A stretch of DNA of 64,000 nt. Origin: Alphaproteobacteria bacterium. GTDB taxonomy: Bacteria; Pseudomonadota; Alphaproteobacteria; CADEGL01. The notes beneath the pieces were generated by a model that was not told the origin of the DNA, did no database searches, and was given only the letters and a program-made list of their open reading frames with translations. Both the position numbers and the translations under genes were made by a program. The stretch's first letter is position 1; every line of letters starts with the position of its first letter. This document shows, in pieces, positions 40,506-49,636 of the stretch. The stretch covers positions 13,662 to 77,661 of the forward strand of contig JAXMCE010000012.1 in assembly GCA_046349515.1 (NCBI GenBank), in the 5' to 3' direction.

Positions 40506-40661
40506 GGCAGCGTTCCAGGCGTGATCACCGATCGCCGAGAGAGGTTAGAGGAGCAGAAGGGCCGCCGCAATTCCACGCCTTGGGTTTGCGGACGGTTGCG
40601 TTGAGCGCGTGGTTGTTGCTCAATCGCGCGACCCTTCGCCATGCACCGGGTGACCAATGCC

Positions 40662-41801
40662 ATGACTCAGCGTCTCCTCTCCGGAATCCGGGTGCTCGAT
40701 CTCTCGCAGTTCACCCCGGGTCCTTACGCGACCCTTCTCCTCGCCGATCTCGGTGCCCAGGTGATCAAGGTCGAGCCGCCTGCGGGCGATCCGCAAAGGA
40801 TCGACGGGCCGCTCGATCGCGACGGCATCTCGGCCTGGTATCGGCTCATGAACCGTTCGAAGACTGTCGTGCGCCTCGACCTCAAGACAGAAGAGGGCAA
40901 GCGCGTCTTCACCGAGCTTCTCGGCGAGGCGGATGCGATGCTCGAATCCTACCGGCCTGGAGTCATGGATCGGCTCGGCTTCGGGCGCGAACGGCTGGAC
41001 GCGATCAATCCCATGCTGGTCCACTGCGCGCTGTCGGGATGGGGGCAGACGGGCCCCTATCGGCTCAAGGCGGGCCACGACCTCAACTACATGGCCTTCG
41101 GCGGCGGGCTCGCGGCCTCGGGCACAAAGGACGCGCCGGTCATGACCTATCCCGCCGTCGCCGATTTCGCGGGCGGGCTCTTCGCGGCCTTCGCCATCGT
41201 CGCCGGACTCCAGGGGCGCAAGGAACGCGGGCGCGGCGCCTTTATCGATGCGAGCTTGGCCGAGACGGTTCTCTCATGGCTGAGCCCGGACCTGACGGGC
41301 ATGCTGAGGGCGGGCTTCGTGCCCGACCGCGCGGCGATCCCCTATAACGGCGGACTCGCCTGCTATCAGATCTATCGTACCGCCGACGACCGCTTCATCA
41401 CGCTTGGCATCATCGAGGACAAGTTCTGGCGCAACTTCTGCAACGCGGTGGGACGGGCCGATTGGATTCCGCGCCAGTGGGAGGCCGTGCCGCAACATGG
41501 CTTCATTGCCGAGTTGGCGGCGCTTTTCCGCATGCGGTCCCTTGCCGCGTGGCTTGAGCTCCTGGAGCCGGTCGACACGTGCTTTCACGCGGTCCTCGAG
41601 CATCGCGAGCTTCCATCGCACCCCCACATCGTCGCGCGCCGCATGATCGCCCGGGAGGATGGTGCCGATCCGTTTGTGGAAGCTTTGTTTCCGGCATGGG
41701 TCGACGGCGAACCTCCGCCGGCCCGGCACGTGTTCCGCGAACTCGATGCGGCAGAAGCGCTTCGTGCCTGGCGTGCGGCACCACGCGCGAAGCGGGGCTG
41801 A
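40662..41801 (+). CDS. family III CoA-transferase (CaiB/BaiF/Frc)
   Basis: GIRVLDLSQFTPGPYATLLLADLGAQVIKVEPP N-terminus and catalytic Asp region are characteristic of CoA_transf_3. Confidence 0.85.
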   Translation: MTQRLLSGIRVLDLSQFTPGPYATLLLADLGAQVIKVEPPAGDPQRIDGPLDRDGISAWYRLMNRSKTVVRLDLKTEEGKRVFTELLGEADAMLESYRPGVMDRLGFGRERLDAINPMLVHCALSGWGQTGPYRLKAGHDLNYMAFGGGLAASGTKDAPVMTYPAVADFAGGLFAAFAIVAGLQGRKERGRGAFIDASLAETVLSWLSPDLTGMLRAGFVPDRAAIPYNGGLACYQIYRTADDRFITLGIIEDKFWRNFCNAVGRADWIPRQWEAVPQHGFIAELAALFRMRSLAAWLELLEPVDTCFHAVLEHRELPSHPHIVARRMIAREDGADPFVEALFPAWVDGEPPPARHVFRELDAAEALRAWRAAPRAKRG

Positions 41802-41807
41802 CGCGCC

Positions 41808-43367
41808 ATGTCCTCGATGCTGCCACTTCCCGAGGTCGAGCGCCGAACGGTGCCCGATCTCCTCGACCGGGCGCGCGGCTTCGGCCTCGATCGCCCGTTC
41901 TTCCTCGATCTCGCAAGCGGACGCTCGCTCACTTACGGTGCGTTTCTCGAGCACGTGTCCGGCCTCGCGGGCGAGCTCGCGCGCCGGTTCCGCCCGGGCG
42001 CCGTCGTCGCGGTTCTCCTGCCGAATCAATTCGAATACGTCATCTTGAGATTCGCGCTCTCTTGCGCAGGGCTCGTCGAGGCCGCGATCAACGGCGAGCA
42101 CAAGGGGCCGGTCTTGAAGGGCATGCTCGAAGTCGCGGCACCCGCGGCCATCGTCTGTGCCGAGCGTTTCCGGCCGAATGTCGAGGCCTGCGGATTCGCC
42201 CGGGACGGAATCGCATGGATCGACGACGGCGCGCTGGCCGAGCTCTGCCGCCTCGAAGCGAGTTGGGATGCGCGGCCCCGACCTCCGATCGAGCCCGGCT
42301 CGGCTTGCCGCATCATCTACACTTCCGGCACGACCTCGGTCTCGAAAGGGGCGGAGCTGTCGCATGGCTACGAGGTCTATACGGGCTTCGCCTACTGCTC
42401 GCGAATGGGCCTCCGTGCCGGTGACCGATGGTATTATCCGACACCGTTTTTCCACATCGACGGCCTCATCAGCATCGCAGCACTGCTCCATTGCGGCGGC
42501 TCTCATGCCTTGGCGCCGCGCTTCTCCGCGTCGCGCTTCTGGCAGGAGGTCATCGCCTCCGAGGCCACGGTGATGCTCTACGTCGGCACGATCCTCTCGA
42601 TCATCCAGAAGCTGGGCGATCCGCCGCCAGGGCAGCGGATTCGTGTGGGCATGGGCGTGGGCGGCACGCCGGCCTTGCGCCAGTGGTTCGAGGAGCGTCA
42701 CAAGATCACCCTGCTCGAAGTCTACGGCTTGACCGAGTGCTGCGGCGCCGCGATCGACGATTGGTCGGCCCGCCGCCCCAATTCCTGCGGCCGCCCAACT
42801 CTTGGATACGAGATCGCGATCCTCGACGGGCTCGACCGTCCGTTGCCGGCCGGCAAGCGCGGCCAGATCGCCGTCCGCCCGCGCGAGCCTTTCTCCATGC
42901 TCTCCGCCTACCGCAACAACCCGGCGGCGACGGTCGCGAGTTTTCGCAATCTATGGTTCCACACGGGCGATGTCGGCTCGTTCGACGAGGACGGCTACCT
43001 CTACTTCCATGGCCGCATGAAGGACGTCATTCGCCACCGGGACGAGAATATCTCGGCCGAGGAGCTCGAGGCGGTGGTGGACACCCACGCCGCTGTCTTG
43101 ATGTCGGCGGCCGTCGCGGTTCCCTCCGACCTTGGCGATGAAGACATCCTTCTCTACGTCCTGCCGAAGCGCGGCATGGCGGTCGAGCCGGCCGAGCTCT
43201 GCCGGTACCTCGCCGAGCGGGTGGCGCCCTTCATGGTGCCGCGCCATGTGCGCGTCGTCGAATCCTTGCCCCTCACGCCGACGGAGAAGGTCGCGAAGAC
43301 GGGTTTGTCGCGCGCCATCGATCCGTCGGTTTGGACGCGGCCCTCGACCCGAAAGGCCTCCGGCTGA
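41808..43367 (+). CDS. AMP-dependent synthetase/ligase (acyl-CoA synthetase family)
   Basis: 519 aa; YTSGTTSVSKG AMP-binding motif, FHTGD, C-terminal Lys region; 7 bp after the CoA-transferase stop. Confidence 0.85.
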   Translation: MSSMLPLPEVERRTVPDLLDRARGFGLDRPFFLDLASGRSLTYGAFLEHVSGLAGELARRFRPGAVVAVLLPNQFEYVILRFALSCAGLVEAAINGEHKGPVLKGMLEVAAPAAIVCAERFRPNVEACGFARDGIAWIDDGALAELCRLEASWDARPRPPIEPGSACRIIYTSGTTSVSKGAELSHGYEVYTGFAYCSRMGLRAGDRWYYPTPFFHIDGLISIAALLHCGGSHALAPRFSASRFWQEVIASEATVMLYVGTILSIIQKLGDPPPGQRIRVGMGVGGTPALRQWFEERHKITLLEVYGLTECCGAAIDDWSARRPNSCGRPTLGYEIAILDGLDRPLPAGKRGQIAVRPREPFSMLSAYRNNPAATVASFRNLWFHTGDVGSFDEDGYLYFHGRMKDVIRHRDENISAEELEAVVDTHAAVLMSAAVAVPSDLGDEDILLYVLPKRGMAVEPAELCRYLAERVAPFMVPRHVRVVESLPLTPTEKVAKTGLSRAIDPSVWTRPSTRKASG

Positions 43368-43460
43368 TCACTTTTCGCGCGACTCGAATAGCGATGCGCG
43401 ATCCACTAGGCTTTGCCCGTTCATAGGGCGCGCCTGAGCGCGAAGCGGGAGGACACGACC

Positions 43461-43928
43461 ATGGCCGAGAAGGGCAAGAGCGGACCGTTCCACACGTTGC
43501 ACCACATGTGCCTCGTGGTGAAGGACATCGACAAGGCGATAAAGTTCTACGAGAGCATCGGCATTGGGCCGTGGCACGACTATCCGCCGCTCGACGAATT
43601 CGCCGAGCTCAAGATGCCGGATGCGGCGGCCTTCAAGGCGCTCAAGTTCAAATGGGCTCAGATCGGACCCATCCAGCTCCAGATGGTGACGCCTCCTCCG
43701 GGCGGCAGCCCCCAGCGCAAGTTCTTCGAGGAACACGGCGAAGGCGTCTTCCATGTTGGCTTCGTCGTGGACGACGTCGACGCTGCAGAGGCGGATGCCG
43801 TGAAGCGCGGGCTCGAAGTCTTCATGCGCGGCCGTCGCAAGAACGGCAGCGGCTTCACCTATTTCAAGACGGCGGACGCGGGCGCCGGCGTCACGCTGTC
43901 CATACGCAAGAGCCCGCCCGCGAAGTAG
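43461..43928 (+). CDS. VOC-family (glyoxalase/bleomycin-resistance/extradiol dioxygenase fold) protein
   Basis: About 155 aa; HHMCLVVKDIDKAIKFYESIG and a second beta-alpha-beta-beta-beta module with HVGFVVDD; metal-ligand His/Glu spacing. Confidence 0.7.
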   Translation: MAEKGKSGPFHTLHHMCLVVKDIDKAIKFYESIGIGPWHDYPPLDEFAELKMPDAAAFKALKFKWAQIGPIQLQMVTPPPGGSPQRKFFEEHGEGVFHVGFVVDDVDAAEADAVKRGLEVFMRGRRKNGSGFTYFKTADAGAGVTLSIRKSPPAK

Positions 43929-43978
43929 ACGGATTCACCGCCATTCACGCCAATCGATCGAGGGGAAGGAAGATCGTC

Positions 43979-44380
43979 ATGCCCAAGCAAGTCATCAATT
44001 CATCGAAAATCGTGCGCAGCTTCACGACGACGACGGCGCATGCGACGAAGGCGCGCGGTTTCGTCTTCGTGACGGGCCAGGTGCCGAACAAGCCCAGCCA
44101 GGACCCGCGCGCCGGCCGCGAATACGAGATGGGCGGCATCGAGGAGCAAATCACCCAGGTGATGGACAACATCAAGGCGATCCTCGAGGAGGCGGGCACC
44201 AATTTTGACAACGTCGTGAAGCGCAACGTCTATCTCACCCATGTCGGCGATTTCCAGACCGTCTACAAGGTGATGGAGCGCTACTTCCCCTCGGGCGTCG
44301 CGAGCACGGGCGTCATCACGGGCCTCGTGCCGACGAGTGCGCGGGTCGAGGTCGACGTGATCGCGACCATGCCCGACTGA
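43979..44380 (+). CDS. RidA/YjgF family protein (second copy in window)
   Basis: 133 aa; FVFVTGQVP, NVVKRNVYLT, ARVEVDVIA. Confidence 0.8.
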   Translation: MPKQVINSSKIVRSFTTTTAHATKARGFVFVTGQVPNKPSQDPRAGREYEMGGIEEQITQVMDNIKAILEEAGTNFDNVVKRNVYLTHVGDFQTVYKVMERYFPSGVASTGVITGLVPTSARVEVDVIATMPD

Positions 44381-44397
44381 GGCGCGATGTCGGGCGC

Positions 44398-44610
44398 ATG
44401 CCGCTAGACAAGGAGACGGCCAAGGCCCTCGAAAAGCGCCTTGCCGCGCTTGCGCGGGACGCTGGCAATCCGTTGCCGGCGGAGACCATCCGCGCGCTCG
44501 CGGAGACGCTGGCCGGCACGCTGGCCGCGCTACGCGAGACGGCCGAGACGCTCGGGGCCATGGACGAGGCGCCGGCCATGCGGCCAGCGCTCGCCGATGA
44601 CACTCGCTGA
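44398..44610 (+). CDS. small (70 aa) helical protein, candidate GatC/AtzG-like partner subunit of the downstream amidase
   Basis: Ala/Leu/Glu-rich 70 aa ORF whose last 14 nt overlap the ATG of the amidase gene (…GATGACACTCGCTGA / ATGACACTCGCTGAA…), implying translational coupling. Assignment is by context and composition, not by sequence identity. Confidence 0.4.
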   Translation: MPLDKETAKALEKRLAALARDAGNPLPAETIRALAETLAGTLAALRETAETLGAMDEAPAMRPALADDTR

Positions 44611-46012
44611 ACTCCCTCTGCCGCAGGCCGCCGAGGCCATCCGTCGCGGCGAGATCTCGCCCGTCGAGCTCGCGCGCGCGAGCCTCGAACGCGCGCACGC
44701 CTTGAATCCGCGTCTCAACTGCCTCCTGACGATCACGGAAGAGGAGGCCTTGGATGCGGCCGCGGCGGCCGAGCGGGAGATCCGCGCTGGCCACTATCGC
44801 GGGCTCCTTCACGGCATCCCCTACACGGCCAAGGACATCTTCGAGACCGCCGGCATCCGCACCACCGCCGCCTCCGCCATCCTTGCCAATTGGGTACCGA
44901 CGGAGGATGCGGAGGTCGTGCGGCGCCTCGGCGAAGCGGGCGCTGTCCTCGTGGGCAAGGTGCATTTGAGCGAGTTCGCTTCGGGGCCGGCCAACCTCAA
45001 CGACCACTATGGGCCTGCGCGCAACCCGTGGAACACGGCCTGCATCACCGGCGGGTCCTCGGGCGGCTCGGCCGCGGCGGTGGCGTCGGGGATCGGCCTC
45101 TTCTCTCTCGGCACGGACACGGGCGGCTCGGTGCGGATGCCGGCCGCCATGAGCGGCACCTTCGGCCACAAGCCGACGTTCGGTCTCGTGAGCCGGCACG
45201 GCGTCGTGCCTCTGTCCTGGTCGCTCGATACGGTCGGCGTGCTTGCGCGCGACAGCCGGGATGCCGCGACGGTTCTCGACATCATCGCTGGCTACGATCC
45301 GCGCGACCCCGGCTCGGCGAAGGGGCCGGCAGTTCGCTTCGGCGAAGGTCTCGACGGCGGCGCGGGCGGATTCCGCATCGGCCTGCCGCGCGAGCTTCTG
45401 GCCGAGCCCATGGACGCGGATGTGCGCTCGGCGGTCATGGGCGCCGTCGATTCTCTCGCGCGCCTCGGCGCCACGGTCGAGGAGATTTCCGTTCCCTGGA
45501 TCGCGACGGCCTTGGCCATCTCCAACCTCATCACGGCCGCCGAGACAAGGAGCAGTCACGAACGCTGGTATCCGAAGGAGGCGCGCCGCTACGGACGGCA
45601 CATGCGGGAGGTGCTGCTGATGGGCAGCGCGATCGGTGCCGCGGACTACCTCATGGCCCTCCGCGTGCGCCGCGCGATCGCGCTCCGCACGGCCGATCTC
45701 TTCCGGTCGACCGACGTCATCGCTCTGCCCGCGGTTTCCGTCCCCGCGCCCGCGATCGGAACGGAACGCCTGGAGGTCGCGGGCACGACCGTTCCCATCC
45801 TGACCGCTCTCCGGCGATTCGTGCGTTGGGCGAGCCTCACGGGGCAACCGGCCCTTTCGGTTCCCTGCGGCCTCTCGCGGGACGGCAGACCTATCGGGCT
45901 TCAGCTCATTGGCCGCATGTTCGAGGACGCGGCTCTCTTGCGCGTGGCGCGTGCTTACGAATCGACGCGTGCCTGGACGCTGCCCCTCGATGGGATTCGC
46001 GGCGAAGACTAG
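44597..46012 (+). CDS. amidase-signature family enzyme (GatA/AtzE-like)
   Basis: 471 aa from MTLAELPLP; GGSSGGSAAAVA and GTDTGGSVRMPA amidase-signature Ser-cisSer-Lys motifs. Confidence 0.85.
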   Translation: MTLAELPLPQAAEAIRRGEISPVELARASLERAHALNPRLNCLLTITEEEALDAAAAAEREIRAGHYRGLLHGIPYTAKDIFETAGIRTTAASAILANWVPTEDAEVVRRLGEAGAVLVGKVHLSEFASGPANLNDHYGPARNPWNTACITGGSSGGSAAAVASGIGLFSLGTDTGGSVRMPAAMSGTFGHKPTFGLVSRHGVVPLSWSLDTVGVLARDSRDAATVLDIIAGYDPRDPGSAKGPAVRFGEGLDGGAGGFRIGLPRELLAEPMDADVRSAVMGAVDSLARLGATVEEISVPWIATALAISNLITAAETRSSHERWYPKEARRYGRHMREVLLMGSAIGAADYLMALRVRRAIALRTADLFRSTDVIALPAVSVPAPAIGTERLEVAGTTVPILTALRRFVRWASLTGQPALSVPCGLSRDGRPIGLQLIGRMFEDAALLRVARAYESTRAWTLPLDGIRGED

Positions 46013-48249
46013 AACGGCTTGGGGTCGAGGAAGCGCCTCAAGACGTTCCGCGTGATGCGCGACACGTTGTTGCGGTAGCTATTGTGGGAGAGGCTGCCGG
46101 CCCAGGCGATGGACCCGGTCGAGAACACGGCGCCGCCGCCCTCGGTCTCGTAGAACACCATGTCGGCGCGGACGAGGGGATTCTCCTGCCCGCCGAGGCC
46201 GGGCACCGTTTCGAGGAACTCCTCCGGCACAAGCTGGTAGGCGTCCGTATGATTCTCCGAGGTGGCGAGGACGAGGGCGTTGGGCGGCGTGCCAAGCTCG
46301 GGCGCCGCGCGATCGAGCTCGAGGCCCGCCGCTCCGCCGCCGACGAGGCCAAAGTCGCCGATCCGTTCGTCCTTGCCGATGCCCTTGAAGATGAACGCCG
46401 CGCGCGGATCGAAGCTTCCGTCCTGGCGCCGGTAATAGGACGAGAGGTCGAATCCCTGGGCCGAGAAGCCGATTCCCGCCACGACCTGCGGTGCGCGCCC
46501 TTGGTTGAGCCAAAGCCCGCCGTACTCGCCGGTGAAGCTGTGGTAGTACTCGCCCGGCGGTGTCGGCCAGGAGCGGATGCCGATCTCGTTCCGCCGGACT
46601 TCGATGACGCCCGGCTTCGTCGGATGGTAGGCGATGCGCCAGTAAAAGCCGTTGCCGCCCATGTACATGAGGCGCCCGCCGCGCCGCTTCCACGCATCGA
46701 GCGCATCCCACATGGGCGTCGACCAATATTCCGGATGGGTGCAGGTGATGACGGCGCGATAGGGGGCCAGCGCCTCGAGTCCCTCGTCGTGGAGATCCTC
46801 GTCGGTGACGACGTCGTAGCGCTGCCCGATCGCATCGAGCCAATCGGTGATGTGCGTGTCCGCGTTGAACCCCCAGAGGCGCGAAGGGCCCGCGCCGGCG
46901 AAGCCGTATTGCAGCTTCGGGCGCATGTTGAGCACGGGCCTCAAGCGCGAGGAGTAGCAGACGCCGCTTCCGTCCGAATGGCGGTCGTAGAGCGAGTTGC
47001 CGTATTCGGGATGGTCGTTGAGGAAGAGATCCTTGGGGTAGAAAATCACCAAGCTATCGATGAAGAGCTCGGTCATTTGCCCGTGGATGCTCGACCGTCC
47101 ATTGGCATAGGCCATGTAGGTCGCGGTCGACAGCAATAGGGCCGCTTTAGCCTCCTGGCCTCGCTTGGGGCGGACGACGAAAGGAATGTATTCCTCGTGC
47201 GCGCCCGAGCGGAGCCGCGCGGCATAGACGCCGCTCCGGAGGTGCGCGGGGATTGTCAGCGCGAAATCCGTCTCCCAACCCGCGTCATAAAGATCGTCGT
47301 CATGGAAGTGAATGGCATTCCAGAATTCGGGCGCCTTCGTCCAATCCATGGGCGCGCCGCGCCAGCGCGATCCCGTGACGGCGCGCGTGGGCAGGTTGAC
47401 CGTCTCGCCATGGAGGCGGTTGGGCGAAAGATCCGTCACGCGCTCGGATGTGATGTCGCGCGAGAAATCCCAGGCGGCGACGAGGTCGGTGCCGAGCGTC
47501 GCGGGCTCGGCAGCCGCGACCGTGTCGAACTCCGACGGATCGATGGCGCCGCGGAGGAGGCGCGGGCTCTCGATCTTGCCGTTGTAGTGCTCGGCAGCGA
47601 TGACGCGCCCTCGCTCTGTCCTGAGATGAGATGCGGCGATCAAGAGAGGCGAATCGTTCCGGCCGATGCGCCTCAGCGTAACGCGCCGCGCGATCGTCTC
47701 TCGTCGATCGAGCTTGGGCACAGGCTCGAGCGGAACCTGGAACACATGGACACGCCCGAGCCTTGCATCGAATGTCGCACCGACCGCGTACCAACGCCGC
47801 GGCAGGAGCGGGCGCCTGATGCCGATGGTCTCGACCTTGCGGCCATCACCGAGACGGAGCGCGATGCCGCCCGACTTGCCGATGGTGAGCGCGAAACCGG
47901 AGCGCCCTGCCCATTTGGCGAGGATCGTCTGGACGCCCTTCGCGGGCGTCGTTGGCCAGATGAGAGCCGAGACCGTGAGCCCGTCGCCGAAGGCGTTGAG
48001 CTCCGTCCCGTCGGGGATGACGGCAAACGATCCCGCATGGATCCTCTGCAGGCGTCCACGGTAACGGCCGCTCACCTTCGTGCGGACGAGCGTCTCCTTG
48101 ACGCCTGGACCCGCGGGGTTCTCATCGCCTTGGATGATGCGCACGATGTCGGCGCGGTAGGACTTCACGCCCTCGCATGACACCATGAAGCGGATCGTCT
48201 CGCCGGGCCGGGCACTCAATTTGTCGCTGTAACCCGTGATCTTCAGCAC
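46009..48249 (-). CDS. N,N-dimethylformamidase large (beta) subunit family protein
   Basis: 746 aa; collinear similarity to DMFase large subunit over the whole length (HYNGKIESP, PPGEYYHSFTGEYGG, LVGGGAAGLELDR, VFYETEGGGAVFSTGSIAWAGSL). Confidence 0.75.
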   Translation of the reverse strand: MLKITGYSDKLSARPGETIRFMVSCEGVKSYRADIVRIIQGDENPAGPGVKETLVRTKVSGRYRGRLQRIHAGSFAVIPDGTELNAFGDGLTVSALIWPTTPAKGVQTILAKWAGRSGFALTIGKSGGIALRLGDGRKVETIGIRRPLLPRRWYAVGATFDARLGRVHVFQVPLEPVPKLDRRETIARRVTLRRIGRNDSPLLIAASHLRTERGRVIAAEHYNGKIESPRLLRGAIDPSEFDTVAAAEPATLGTDLVAAWDFSRDITSERVTDLSPNRLHGETVNLPTRAVTGSRWRGAPMDWTKAPEFWNAIHFHDDDLYDAGWETDFALTIPAHLRSGVYAARLRSGAHEEYIPFVVRPKRGQEAKAALLLSTATYMAYANGRSSIHGQMTELFIDSLVIFYPKDLFLNDHPEYGNSLYDRHSDGSGVCYSSRLRPVLNMRPKLQYGFAGAGPSRLWGFNADTHITDWLDAIGQRYDVVTDEDLHDEGLEALAPYRAVITCTHPEYWSTPMWDALDAWKRRGGRLMYMGGNGFYWRIAYHPTKPGVIEVRRNEIGIRSWPTPPGEYYHSFTGEYGGLWLNQGRAPQVVAGIGFSAQGFDLSSYYRRQDGSFDPRAAFIFKGIGKDERIGDFGLVGGGAAGLELDRAAPELGTPPNALVLATSENHTDAYQLVPEEFLETVPGLGGQENPLVRADMVFYETEGGGAVFSTGSIAWAGSLSHNSYRNNVSRITRNVLRRFLDPKPF

Positions 48250-48309
48250 TGACCTGCCCCCGATTTCGCTTTGATGTCGCGCCGATACGCTCGTGCGCCG
48301 ATGAGACGT

Positions 48310-48616
48310 TTAGTCGAGCTCCTCGCCCGTGTGCGCTTTCCAGCGCAGCTTGAAGATTTCCCACTCCGCATCCCTCGGATTTCGGTAGACCTTGCCGAGG
48401 AGCTTGAGGGGTTTGCCTTTCTCGCCCGGATGGATCGCGAGGCGCCATTCCCTGTATGGCTTCGTCTCGACCAACACGGGCTTGCCCTCGAGGGGGGCCG
48501 AGCGGAACAGCGTCAGGATGCGCTGGAGGCCGGGACTGTGGTGGCCCTGGGGTTTCGTGCGGAATTCTTCGGCGTAGACCCAATCCTCGGCACGAATCTT
48601 GTAGTGGGATGCCATC
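48310..48616 (-). CDS. small protein, candidate DMFase small (alpha) subunit
   Basis: About 102 aa from MASHYKIRAEDW, immediately upstream (61 bp) of the large-subunit gene on the same strand. The longer N-terminal extension in the ORF track is Arg-rich and overlaps the TauD gene, so is rejected. Confidence 0.45.
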
Positions 48617-48649
48617 GCGCGTGTCTCCCGCTCGTGACGAATCGAAAGT

Positions 48650-49570
48650 CTAGGCCTGGGCTTCCGGCATCCACGGCGCGAAGACGGGCTCGGTGCCTGC
48701 GACGGTCGTCCGCCGCATGACGCGGCGCTGCCGGTCGACGTCGAACGGGACCGCGCGGTGCAAGAGGCGCCGGTTGTCCCACATCGCAAGATCGCCCGGC
48801 TGCCATTGGTGGCGATAGACGAAGCGCTTCTCCGTCGCGAAGGCCACGATCTCCTTGAGGAAGGCGCGACCCTGGTCGAGTTCCATCCCGCCAACCTCGG
48901 AGCCTGCGTTCATCGTGACATAGATGGAACAGCGTTTCTTGTCGCGGTGGTAGCGGATGATCGGGTGCGTGACCGGCGGCAGCCCCCATTTCTTCTCGTT
49001 AGGGAAGGGCGGGAGACCCGGATCGAGCACGCGGTCGAACTCGGGCGTGTGCACCATGTGGCGGCCGACCATGCGCGTCCTGAGACTCTCGGGCATCGCG
49101 TCGTAGGCCGCGAACATGTCCGCATACTCTGTCTGGCCGCCCGTCTCCGACGCGTCGGGGACTTCGAGCGCGTAGAGCAGCGACGCCAAAGCCGGGATGG
49201 TGCGGTACGAGCTGTCGGTGTGCCAGAGCGCATTGAATTGGAGAAGACGCCACTGGACGCTGTCGCGGCCAGCGATGCGGTTCGATTCATCGACGTTCGA
49301 GATGTTGTAGAACTCAGGCTTCACTTTCTGGACGGCTTCCTCCGGAAATGCCTCGAGCGGGCCGAAGCGGCGGCTGAAGGCCGATTGTTCGTCCATCGAC
49401 AACGACTGATTGCGGAAGACGAGAAGTCCATGGTTCTCGAACGCTTCGCGCACGGCGGCGAAAGTCGCCTCATCGAGAGGGCGCGACAGATCGAGGCCCG
49501 AAATTTCCGCCCCGAAGGTCGGATGAATCCGTCGAAGTTTGAGGCGATCGTCCATTGCGATGGTGGCCAT
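48650..49570 (-). CDS. TauD/TfdA family Fe(II)/2-oxoglutarate dioxygenase (second copy)
   Basis: About 306 aa from MATIAMDD; WHTDSSY (HxD), distal His, R in RRTTVAG. Confidence 0.8.
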   Translation of the reverse strand: MATIAMDDRLKLRRIHPTFGAEISGLDLSRPLDEATFAAVREAFENHGLLVFRNQSLSMDEQSAFSRRFGPLEAFPEEAVQKVKPEFYNISNVDESNRIAGRDSVQWRLLQFNALWHTDSSYRTIPALASLLYALEVPDASETGGQTEYADMFAAYDAMPESLRTRMVGRHMVHTPEFDRVLDPGLPPFPNEKKWGLPPVTHPIIRYHRDKKRCSIYVTMNAGSEVGGMELDQGRAFLKEIVAFATEKRFVYRHQWQPGDLAMWDNRRLLHRAVPFDVDRQRRVMRRTTVAGTEPVFAPWMPEAQA

Positions 49571-49636
49571 GGTGTCCTCGATGTGTCCTCCGAGCGCGGC
49601 GCCGATGAGATGGCTCATCGGCGCCGGACGGTCCTG

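Noticed and set aside
44000-47139. 615-aa minus ORF and 749-aa plus ORF covering the RidA/amidase/DMFase region in alternative frames
   Set aside because: Both are Arg/Gly/Asp-rich and overlap genes with clear family signatures on the annotated frames. Their length reflects stop-codon depletion in GC-rich DNA.
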